Shown here piece by piece: positions 10,925 through 21,714 of a stretch of DNA of 64,000 nt. This DNA is from Somniosus microcephalus. Lineage: Eukaryota. Where the stretch lies: contig CM126210.1 of the NCBI GenBank assembly GCA_052327205.1, positions 163,246,001-163,310,000 on the forward strand, written 5' to 3'. Position 1 is the first letter of the stretch. Each line of letters starts with the position of its first letter. A program made the translations under genes and the position numbers. A model generated the notes under the pieces. It was not told the DNA's origin. It did no database searches and saw nothing but the letters and a program-made list of their open reading frames with translations.

Positions 10925-13461
10925 CAGTTAGAGAATGTGTTCTGACTCTCCGAGGTCTACTTTCTTTGCACTAGTATTGTAAATGTGCTGTTTATATCTT
11001 CGAATGTGAAATTGCTTTCAGATTTTGCACTGTAAAGGTCTCCATGGATCATAAAATCCCCTTGCTGTCAGCAGAAGACACAATCGGTGGCTCACTGCTG
11101 TCATCATCTTTGTCTTCATCGCTGTCAACTGTACCTATGTTTGCAGAAGTTTTAGATGGGTTCACAATATTCATGATTTGGTAATCTATTAGCAGCTCCT
11201 CACATGGCACACGTCATTGTTAAGAGTTTCCACAGCAACAAATGAGACCTGCCACTTGAATTTTGATGTCATTGGTCCATTCTTCTCTTGGTATTTGATT
11301 TGGTGGAAATGTTAGGTGTTGTGTCAACAGTTAGCAATAGTTTCAATCTCATTTCATTAAATGCAGCACAGATGAAGAATAGAGCTTGTTTTATATTCAA
11401 GCTAGGTGTGAGAACATGCACTCCAGGGATTATAGGGATGCAGATAGATAACCAACTTCTACTGAAGCTCCACAGCTTCAACCAGTAGAATGACCAATCA
11501 ATAGTGTGTATCCATGATGTTGTCAGAAGGACGGTGGGAATGTATTCACATTTTATATGAGTTGTGCTGCTCACTGTGTTGCTTGCAAGAAGCTCCTAGC
11601 ACCTCCTGTGCACCCAATGAAGATTCCAATCTATGGTTGTCAATTGTCTAATGACCAGCTAATGATTATCCTCCTTGGGGAGTAGAGAGCTATATGAGGT
11701 CTCTTTGGTGTTGAGATGGCTCTAAGATGACATGCCAGATTTTGGAAGCTCAGAACCAAGTAGGCACTCCCTGACAGACTTAGTAATATATTAGAAACAC
11801 TAGGTTAGTACTCTAAAGTACTGCTGATGATTGCCTATCCTGGGTAATTAATGGTACCTGAAGGAGGAGACCCTTCTCTGGGGTTTGTTATTCTTCCTAC
11901 TCAACTCCAAATAAGCCTGCAGACCAAAGCCCTAATTAGAAAGCTGGTCCTAACTGCACACGCAGATTACCGGTGACCTATTCTGGTGGTCTCGGAGACT
12001 TGGCTTTGTCAACTTGCACCTAAACTTTCTGGATTTGGGTAAGTGAGACTGGTATGCACTCTATATTTGGTAGACAGACCGACATCTGGGAATCCCTGGC
12101 CCAAGACTGTACAAAGTGGAGGAGAAGCATCCGGGAAGGCGCCGAGCGCCACAATGTCTCTTCGCCGGTAGCAAGCAGAAGCCAAGCACAAACAGCGGAA
12201 GGAGCGCACGTCAACCCAAGCACCCCACTCACCGTCTGCCCCACCTGTGACAGAGACTGTAGGTCCCGCATTGGACTCATCAGTCACCTGAGAACTCATT
12301 TTTAGTGTGGAAGCAAGTCATCCTCGGTTCCGAGGGACTGCCTAAGAAGAGACGAGGTAGACAGGACGTCTACAGGTGGGCGTAGATTTCTAAGTAGCTT
12401 GAATTGGATCATCCTGAACATGTTGATTGGTGCCTTAGGTGCAGAAACACATCTATCCAAAAAAAAACACGTGGGCAGTTTGGGTCTTCGCATTCCAATG
12501 TTGAAATGATCCCAGCATTCTATGGGCTAGTTGTGGTCTCTCATTGAGTATCAAAAAGTGTAGGTAAATATGCCAGTGAGGTGTTCACATAACTGACTAT
12601 GTTGTCCAAAACCAAGATTAAATGTTTAATGCATATTTCTGTTGAGACCGTGCACCAATTCTCTAAAGACCATTCACGCCTTATTGTTTGCATACCTTTT
12701 CGATGATGCTGTTTGGATCAAAAGCTTTGAATCAACGTAGGCAAGCATACGTTTAAATCACCTCCTCTGTCGCTTTAGAATTGGTAACAACATGACAATC
12801 AATTCATTTTTGCATTCCTTCCTTTATACGCATTTGGTTCCATCAAGAAAAACATCTCTCTCGCCACATAAAGGCTGATAGCGTCACATTCCTCGAAAAT
12901 CTCACGAAGGTGTGCGCATGTCTCAGCAACATAGGTTGAATTTGTAGATGGGAATTCTTCATGTATCTTGCAGTTCTTGATTCCATACTGGGTCCTGATT
13001 ATCCTTGTGAAATGAAAGATTCTGCATTCTCAGCTCTCTCCCAGAACTTTGACCAGTGAATGCGGCACTTCGCTGACTGTGAAGCTACAACTCGTAAGGA
13101 GTTTCTGTAGATCTTCCCGTTTAGGGCGATAATCTTATGTTCCTGTCAGCAGAGTTCAGTCACCTTGAACTTTCTCTGAGAATATTAGAGACCATTGAGC
13201 TGCCAATCTGGATTGTAAATCTCGATTCTGCAAATGTAGACAGTTTGGCCTGTGTCATCGAGGGAGTTTTTCTCCCTTCTGTTAGATGCATTTGCAGCGA
13301 TCTCGAGGTGTCTTCTTTTTTCATCGTCAGATATCTTGGCTTTCAAGAGATGTCAGTTTGTCAAGCGAAAGAAGATTGTTTTTGTAACCAAACGGGATTG
13401 ATCCCAACATTAGTGTATTGGAATCAGAGTAGAGGATTTCCGGATTAACAAAATGCACTGC
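10925..13461 (-). mobile_element. Highly decayed Tigger/pogo (CENP-B-like) transposon fossil
   Basis: Minus-strand pieces occur in the expected order: MTQAKLSTFAESRFTIQIGSSMVSNILRESSR* (HTH, from 13258), RTQYGIKNCKIHEEFPSTNSTYV, YANNKA*M, KHLILVLDN (ends 12601), P*NAGII, LNIKQALFFICAAFNEM, then the acidic tail DSDEDKDDDSSEPP. A TIR-like CAGTGCATTTTGTTAATCCGGAA starts at 13461. The other end is uncertain. Confidence 0.75.
12070..12352 (+). mobile_element. 3' end of an RTE-clade LINE inserted in the Tigger fossil
   Basis: WESLAQDCTKWRRSIREGAE and a C2H2-like C-terminus CPTCDRDCRSRIGLISHLRTH, followed by a short 3' UTR ending GAGGGACTGCCTAAGAAGA. Confidence 0.8.
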
Positions 13462-14093
13462 AGCAAATCATTCTCCGACTAGCAATCAGATAATCTAGGC
13501 TCTAGATTAAAGTTCCAGATTAAACAGAGTAGACTGCTTTAGGCCAAGGCTCGATATCATACTCTTTAACAGCCTCAGTTTCAGGTGCCGACTCAGTTCT
13601 AGATCTAATATCAGTCTTGGTCTGGGACTAAATCTTGGTCTCAAGTTCAGACCAAGTTTTGGTCTCAGACTCGGTCTCAGATTCACTATCAGACTTAGGT
13701 TGCTATTATATTACTGCCTTTATACTCAGATCATTATCTGTATGGTGTGATGCACAGCTGCAGTCCCGAGTTAGTGACGGCTGCACCACACACTGAGTTC
13801 AGCAACAAAGAAGCGCTGCATATATATGCTTGGACACACGCACAGAGCTCTGCTCTGCAGGCAGCTAATTCTTTATGTTAAAAGAAAGCAAATAGAAGCA
13901 CCATCTCACTACTTAACATTAAAAAGATTCCACACGAGGTTTAATAAGTTCCCAGGTAGTCACACAGACTGCTTGGAATTGTTTTACAAAGCCCACTACG
14001 AAGCCCAAATGCTGTGAGATTACAGGTGCTCTCACACCTTCCAGCTTCGTAGCATTCAAGGGGACATATTATCAACCTGACTCCCTAGTTATA

Positions 14094-14790
14094 CCAGGTG
14101 AAACAGCGATTTACTTGTACTTCTTGCAATTTAGTATACTGTATTCGCTGCTCACGATGTGGTCTCCTCTACATTAGGGAGACCAAATGCAGACTGGGTG
14201 ACCGCTTTGCGGAACACCTTCGTTCAGTTCATAAGGGTGACCCCGAGCTTCCAGTTGCCTGTCACTTTAATACTCTGCTCCATTCTCATTCTGACCTCTC
14301 GGTCCTCGGCCTCTTGCACTGTTCCAACGAAGCTCAACGTAAGCTCAAGGAGCAGCACCTCATCTTTCGATTAGGCACTTTACAGCCTTCTGGACTCAAC
14401 ATCGAGTTCAACAATTTCAGACCATAACCTCGGCCCCTATTTTTTCACATGGCAGCCTTTGATGATTCTGCCATTCCCATTTACATTTACACCTCTTCTA
14501 GGCCCATCCTTTGTTTCTTTATTTGTCCCCTTACCATCTCCTTTTGCTTTGTGCAATCATACCTTTTGTCATTTAACCTCTCCTGCCTTCCACCCTATCA
14601 CAGACCTTCCCTTTTGTTCTTTTCTCCCCTCCCCCCTTTCACAGCCCCTACACTTGCTAAAAGTCTGTTACATCTCGAATTTTTTCCAGTTCTGACGAAA
14701 GGTCATCGACCTGAAACGTTAACTCTGTTTCTCTCTCCACAGATGCTGCCTGACCTGCTGAGTATTTCCAGTATTTTGTGTTTTTATCCC
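14094..14790 (+). mobile_element. Penelope-like element 3' fragment (GIY-YIG endonuclease and terminal region)
   Basis: ORF 14098-14427 reads FTCTSCNLVYCIRCSRCGLLYIRETKCRLGDRFAEHLRSV...PVACHFN...EQHLIFRLGTLQPSGLNIEF. It is followed by a pyrimidine-rich UTR and a hammerhead-bearing end. Confidence 0.9.
14688..14724 (+). ncRNA. Minimal type I hammerhead ribozyme motif (Penelope-associated)
   Basis: AGTT-CTGACGA-A-AGGTC-ATC-GACCT-GAAA-CG-TT-AACT. Stem I is AGTT/AACT, the core is CUGANGA plus GAAA, stem II has 5 bp, and helix III is the palindrome ACGT. Confidence 0.7.
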
Positions 14791-17439
14791 TTGTTATACT
14801 CACGCGTTTGTGCGCCTGCAGGTCGGAAAGTGCTGTGCATCCGTGTAAAAGTGTTAGAGTTAGTCTCCGAGTCGTGTTCAACATAAGCATAATCCCAGAT
14901 TCAATCCCATGTAGAAAAACATGTTGGCAATATGAAATACAAAAGAGAAAAGATAAGTGGTTAATGTTTCGGTCTAGACCAGTTGTCAACAGTACTAACC
15001 GATGTTTCTCTTTTCAGTTATTTATAAACGTGCTGTATTTTCCCCAGCATTTCCTGTTTATTTTTAATCTCAGGATTAGTTTCAGAGTTTTACTGCATTT
15101 ATAGCGTAACTATCGATTTCAGACAGGTACCAGCCCATTTATATTGCTTAGCTGGAAGTGCAATTCCCCTGCCCAGGAGGGAGCGCTGCACATGTATGGT
15201 TACACACGTGCACAGCATTCCTCTCCCAGCAATTACCAGAGGGCAGCTGCCTGCACTCCCTCGGCATTTAAGTCAATTCCGAGTAGGTTTAAGGAACGTC
15301 AGAAGAATCCCTGGGACCCCCTGAGCTTTTGGTTAGTTCCATACGGCGTCAAACTCGAGCAGTGTGAGACCGCCTCCTCCAAGGCTCCCACGCTGTGGGG
15401 CTTTGGGTGGGCTAACACAATCAAGTGCTATATTGCAATTTTAGCATCACTGCAAAGATTTCCCGCGACACTGCAGTTGAAATATCAATGTACCTTTAGT
15501 CTAGTCTGCGTTTACAGTACACTGCAACTCAAAGTCTCAGATCAATAGGCTGAGATTCCCAGCCAGGCAGCACTCTGTTAACACTGCCCGGTTCGGTCTG
15601 ACTATCTCTCCAGTGGTCCTACCCAAGGAAAGTCCTTTGTGCATGGATGCACAATGCACCTCTCACATTAGATATCATTTAAATGTTTAGAAAGTGCCCT
15701 GGGGAAAATCCCCACTCTCCAAACTTTCAAATGATCTTCCGAGAGGTTCCAAGTATGTCCGGGGGAGGCCCTGAGGTTTAGATGTAGTGTCAAACCAAAG
15801 CGTGTTAGACTCAACCCGCCCCAACAGTGTCTGATCGCTTCTCTTTCGAGCGAGTTTGGCCCTTGCTACAGATTTACACTAGAGGTTTAGCGTCGTGCTA
15901 AACAGAAAGAGGAGCTGAATTTCCCAGTACAAAGGCGCCCTCGGTTACCCCATTCAGTCTCAGACTCAGGTTCAGTATCACTGTCTCTCATTACATTACA
16001 AAAAGTCTGACAGTGTTCTTTGCAAACCAGACTGCACCGGAAATGGGAAGAGCTCAACGTTGCAATTTAAAGTACAACTGTTAGTCTATGGTTCAGCATC
16101 GGACTCGTCCTCGGGATCACTCGAAGGCCCCTTTTATTCTGTCATTTGCAAAGTGAAGCATTTCCCATTTCCAGCGTAAATATTCGCAGAATGGACTGAA
16201 GCAGGTGCTGAGATCAATCCTGAGAACAAGCCTGGCTTGATACCAAACCTGGGGCCAGGGCGAGTGCTCTGCTGACTGTGGGCCGAGTTTAGAGTTAGGC
16301 GAATTTGGTTGTATTCCGATTTAAACTGTAGTGGATTCTGCAGTCCACGAGCAATGACAGGACTGTCGGAATCTGCTTCCAGTCCAGTCTGGGGCACTTG
16401 TATTACCATCTGTGAACCAGATCGCACCGGAAACGGGGAGCGCGCTGGTCTGCAAATGACAATATGAACGGAGTTATCACTGAAGTCCCAGTCCCGGGCT
16501 CTGCCCCGGTCCCTGCCTCGGGAAGTAGTCTGGGATCCATCACACGAGAGGGAGGGGGAGCAGTGCCTGGAGCAGCTGGCGGAGGCGGAGGGGGGAATCG
16601 CCATCCTTCCCGAGACGGGCAAACTTTGGTGCCAATGGACGCGGACACTGGCGGCAGATCTCGCCGCTCTCAGCGCAGGAGGGCTGACAGACAGGGACAA
16701 TGTATGAAACAGAGCTGATCACACAGCCAGCGGCAGAGGCCGCCCCGATCTCTCGCTAGTGGCCCTGAACAAGTGTGGACGGAACGGGGAATAGTTTTCA
16801 CTAAATTGTAACATTTCAAAGACCATTTTTAAGTTTAACGACCCGGAACGAGCAGGGTTGGATTAACTGGCCGAGTCCTTGGAGCGGCAGACAGTTTTAG
16901 GAGTTGCTAAACGTCGAGATCCATCCTGATATAATGAGCTGGTCGCTCGGTGGATCCAAGAGCTCCTGCGGCAGGAATTTAAACACTTTTAAAAAGTAAC
17001 CGATCCTGCAAAATAAAGGGAGTGCGCGCTAAAGTGCACAAAAAACGAATTCTGTAGAGGAGCGAGCCGCGTTTGCTGGTTTCACTTCGGCACAGGAAGG
17101 TAGACGAAATGTGTTAGAAAGTTGGAACATTGCTCCCTTGTGAACATATTTCTCTTTTAACCCAACAGGGCAGCCACTGTGAAACGCAGGGAGCTCTTGA
17201 GTTGTTTGGCAGCTTTCCCCGAGTGTTTGTTAATGTGTTCCTATTGTTTCCTAGTATTTAATACACTTGCACTTTCTTTTTTCTTCTTCTTCTTCTCAGG
17301 CCTCCTGCTTTTCAGGTCGGGTTTGGTTTGAAACCGCACGGTATTATCTTCCGCCGTTACACCGAGGGGCAGACTCTGGAGCTCTCAAGCTGTTCACTTT
17401 GCTGCTTTTGTTTTGATTTCTATTTCTAAGAACAGGAGC

Positions 17440-17796
17440 GAGAGCTTTTTTTTTTGCTCTGCTCTCCCCCCTCCTCTCTTCTCCTCCTCCTCCTCCCCTC
17501 CTCTTCCCCTTTTCCTCCTTCCGCGTGGTTGCCCTGCCTGCATGGGTCCAGAGAGCAATAAAAGAAATCCCCCACCAGGCCCGGGCGGCCAATCGCCTGC
17601 CTCGGATGCTGTTACCCGGCCCGGGTTGCCATGGGTCCTCACATCAATCAAGAGGCGAGCAGCCAATGGGAGGCCGGGGCCGGCGCGCGCACAGCGTCGG
17701 CTTTTCCTGCTCGGCGCTGCAAATGATCCGAGCTCGGTGCAAGTTGTCAAAGGCTCGGCTCGTTTAACAAGTCAGATCACTCCGGCTTAGCAAGTC
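17440..17796 (+). promoter_or_regulatory. POU3F2 proximal promoter / 5' UTR in a CpG island
   Basis: CT-rich tract (17460-17522), two CCAAT boxes (~17589 and ~17663), and high GC/CpG content directly upstream of the ATG. Confidence 0.65.
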
Positions 17797-18948
17797 ATGG
17801 CGACCACAGCATCTAATCATTACATTACGAGCGGCAACATCCTCACCTCCAACTCCATCGTGCACGCCGAGCCGGGGAGCATGCAACAAGGGACAGCCTA
17901 CAGGGATGCACAGAAACTGGTCCAGAACGATTACATGCAAAGCAATGGGCACCCTCTCAGCCACGCTCACCAATGGTTAACGGCTCTCTCTCACGCCGAG
18001 GGGTCTCCGTGGTCGGCCGGCGTGGCGGCCAGTCCCCTCGGCCAGCAAGACATCAAGCCCTCGGTGCAATCGGCAAGGGACGATCTCCACAGCGGGGGCA
18101 CCCTGCACCACCGGCCCCCTCACATGGTCCACCAGCACGGCAACCACCACGGAGCATGGGGCAACACCACCTCAGCCCACATCCCCAGCATGACATCCAA
18201 CGGGCAGAGCCTCATCTATTCCCAGCCGGGCTTCACGGTCAACGGCATGATCAACCCGGCAACGACCCAAGGCATGCACCACGGGCTCAGGGAAGCTCAC
18301 GAAGAACAGCACCACGGGGACCATGGTCAACACCACCAGCAGCAACATCATCAACAACAGCACCATCAGCATCAGCATCAGGGCCACGACCACTCGGACG
18401 AGGACACCCCTACCTCGGACGATTTGGAGCAGTTCGCCAAGCAGTTCAAACAGAGGAGGATCAAGCTCGGATTTACCCAGGCCGATGTGGGACTAGCTCT
18501 TGGGACCCTCTATGGCAACGTCTTCTCGCAGACCACCATCTGCAGGTTCGAAGCGCTGCAGCTGAGCTTTAAAAACATGTGCAAACTCAAACCCTTGCTG
18601 AACAAGTGGCTGGAGGAGGCTGACTCTTCGTCTGGGAGCCCCACCAGCATAGACAAAATCGCTGCCCAGGGCAGGAAGAGGAAAAAGAGGACCTCGATCG
18701 AGGTGAGCGTCAAGGGGGCTTTGGAGAGCCATTTTTTGAAGTGCCCCAAGCCCTCGGCCCAGGAGATCAGCTCTCTGGCGGACAGTCTGCAGCTGGAAAA
18801 GGAGGTGGTCAGGGTTTGGTTTTGTAACAGAAGACAAAAAGAGAAACGAATGACTCCTCCCGGAGGAGCTCACCCCGGAGCCGAGGATGTATATGGGGCC
18901 AGAGACACTCCACCGTCACATCATGGGGTTCAGACTTCTGTACAGTGA
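17797..18948 (+). CDS. POU3F2: POU domain class 3 transcription factor 2 (Brn-2), single exon, 383 aa
   Basis: N-terminus [18 protein letters not shown] motif, POU-specific domain ([25 protein letters not shown]...), homeodomain ([10 protein letters not shown]...[14 protein letters not shown]) and the POU3F2-type C-terminus GAEDVYG..DTPP.HHGVQT.VQ. The convergent FBXL4 neighbour matches known synteny. Confidence 0.96.
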   Translation: MATTASNHYITSGNILTSNSIVHAEPGSMQQGTAYRDAQKLVQNDYMQSNGHPLSHAHQWLTALSHAEGSPWSAGVAASPLGQQDIKPSVQSARDDLHSGGTLHHRPPHMVHQHGNHHGAWGNTTSAHIPSMTSNGQSLIYSQPGFTVNGMINPATTQGMHHGLREAHEEQHHGDHGQHHQQQHHQQQHHQHQHQGHDHSDEDTPTSDDLEQFAKQFKQRRIKLGFTQADVGLALGTLYGNVFSQTTICRFEALQLSFKNMCKLKPLLNKWLEEADSSSGSPTSIDKIAAQGRKRKKRTSIEVSVKGALESHFLKCPKPSAQEISSLADSLQLEKEVVRVWFCNRRQKEKRMTPPGGAHPGAEDVYGARDTPPSHHGVQTSVQ

Positions 18949-20655
18949 ATGGTCACTCCTCTCACTTTTTGTTCCTTTTATTTGTTCTTTTCTTAACGAA
19001 CAGCTTAAAACACTGGACTATCGTTACGATAGCACATGTTAATGATGTGTTTTGACCTATACAGAAGGAGCTCGCAGGCAAATGGAGTGAGTATATAAAT
19101 AATAACAGAGGCACTGATATACATACCTTTACAAAACTGTGGCAAAGAGACACAAAACTGCCTAGATAGAATGTGACCTGAAAGGCTGCTATAATTGTTA
19201 ATGTATAGATCCACTGTGACAGGCGGGGGCAAAGGGATTTTTTTGTAGGAAAGCAGAGGAGGATTTGGCCACGAGCTGCAGTTTTGTTTGTTGGAGGAAA
19301 GGGCAAAAGGAAGAAAAAGGAAATTCCAAGACACTGCTCTCCGGACTAGCCACCGTCCTAGTCATTTGCGGGTTTAAAAAAAATCTCAACAGAATGGGAG
19401 ATATTTCTCCTGAGCGCTGAATTGTAAGAGACGAGAGGCTGTGTATGTGAGCAGAAAATAGGCTGTGTCAATCAGGCAGAGAGGGGCTCAGCTCGAACGA
19501 CACAATTCTCTCCAGGATCTGAAGTTGGGAGCTGCGAAATAGCAAACGGGATCAATTCACACAAACAAACAAAAGTAAATAAATGAATGATAAATCGATA
19601 AATATCAGGCGCTATAAAGTACTACGGACCACCGACTAAAAGTTTTATCCCTATGTTTAATAAGAACTAATTCCGGTGGCAAGAAATGCAATACCTTTTT
19701 ATATGACAGGAAGATTACAAATATGCTAGCTAGCGTCTTAACGCCTCCGAATTAGCACTGTACAATAATGAATAAAGAAAAACTCAGAGTCAAAATGTTG
19801 TAGTTCCTGCCACATTTTTTTCCCGAAAAAAATATATTGCAGTATAAAACATTGTACTTATTAAACGTGCGCCTACAATCTAACATAAAAACAATCTACA
19901 GTCGGATACAAATGAGACAAAAAACCTTTAAAACATATCAGTATATTGCGCTTTCTTACAAAGAACATATCCAAACATTCAAAATTCTAGAAAAGGTATG
20001 TACATATTTGAGATATTTTGATGTGGTGATATGATTGTAATTTAACCGCAGTTATAGCGATTCCTAAAGACAATAAAATTTAGTGAAGTGTTAGAAAAAC
20101 ATTTAAAAAAATTAAAAAACGCCGGGTCAGATAGGTTGGTACAGAAAAAAATAATCCTGAGACACGAACTAAATTTGTGTCTGTCCGTTTAGTAACATGA
20201 AGTTGAACGTGGAGTACTTTGTTAGAACCTTTTCTCATAGGTTTACGGAGAGCGGTTACCATGCACATCTTATACCACTATGTATATATGTTGCATATAT
20301 TTGTCTTTTGAACTGAAGAAGAAAAACATTATCTGAATGATTTTTTTTTCCTTGTATACATTTTTTCCATAATGCTGCCCAGGGAATTTTAATATCATTT
20401 TCACGTGGCCTGCCTCAATGTATTTATTTCTTTAAAAGAAGTTCTGGAAACTGTTTCTTCTGTAGCTTTCATTGATTAGATGTTATGTGTGGGATGTAAA
20501 TTTTTCCGTTATGCTTTTTTTCCCCTTCTCTTGAAAAGATTGTTTTTTGGTACATTTCAATGTGTCTTGTGAAGATAAAAGAAACAACGCAGAGTCCCTT
20601 ATATATTTATGTTAAAGTAATATTTTATTACTTACATAAAACAAGCAATCGCACA
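18949..20655 (+). other. Probable POU3F2 3' UTR
   Basis: AU-rich and repeat-free, with TATTTAT elements near 20420 and 20605 and a CATAAA variant signal at ~20635. The end point is inferred. Confidence 0.4.
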
Positions 20656-21679
20656 ACCTTGAAGTCTTATGTCTTGGTTTTGTGGGGATATGACATTTTC
20701 TGAGCGGGTGGCGAGAGCGCATAGTTTGTCTTCCAAATCCGTATCATGGCCTCACTTATTATTCTATAATAAGGGTATGAATATAATATTCACTTCCATA
20801 AACACGGCATTAACCTTATAAAGATAACCCCGACAGATATTGAGAAACACACACATATATATATATATAAATATACACACACACATATCTACGTATGCCT
20901 TACAAAATATGCTGATTTCGTAAGGAATATGTATTTTATTTATTTTTAATGTGCGTATACAGACAAAACATGCTTTCAAATCATGATTTAGCACGTTCGA
21001 TCTGTATGTGTCAATGTTACATTCGCGCACACATATTTGCTTACTTACTGAATCAGCAGTTTAGATTTTAAAGCCTAAAATCTTAATTTAGTATATATTG
21101 CATATACTTTACATGATAAATAATACGAATCACACAGATGATCCCCTTTAGGAAATACATATTGGTTAAAACTAATCTGCACGCATTTTATTTATGTGCC
21201 ACATCTACTTTTTGTTTTAGATTATTGCATATTTTAACTTAAATACCATAGTGGTCAGTTTCCAGTATCCTGCACGTGTTACTTCCCGGGTAGTGTAAAA
21301 CTACCGGATTTCTCCCATGATAAAAAATATTTTATTCTATTTATGTATATTTTAAATAACCGCTTGCAACGTGTCTTTTTTTTTGAATTGGTTGCAACAT
21401 TTGGTAAATTGGATTTCTTTTTGAGGATTAAAAGCTCCGATCGGCTGGCTGGACACCAGCTCGCTTCTGCGTTAAGTCAATATTACACGCGTACAGAACA
21501 TATTCAGCTAAATTATCTTATCAATACAAAGAGAAATTTGACAGAAAGAAGAAGTGTTTTCTGACCACAAACGTGCTGATCGGGTGAAATGTTTGAGTTG
21601 GGTATGGATCCGGGTGCATTGTTCAATAGCAGCCACTGCATGGTCTGCAAGGAGTGCGAGTGCCCTCTACTGGGCAGCG

Positions 21680-21712
<33 letters not shown>
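21680..21712. repeat. (CA)n microsatellite
   Basis: Direct reading. Confidence 0.95.

Positions 21713-21714
<2 letters not shown>

Noticed and set aside
16134-16722. 188-aa minus ORF and neighbours
   Set aside because: GC-rich island ORFs with no recognisable domain.
17973-18873. Alternative-frame and antisense ORFs over POU3F2
   Set aside because: Expected shadows of GC-rich coding sequence.
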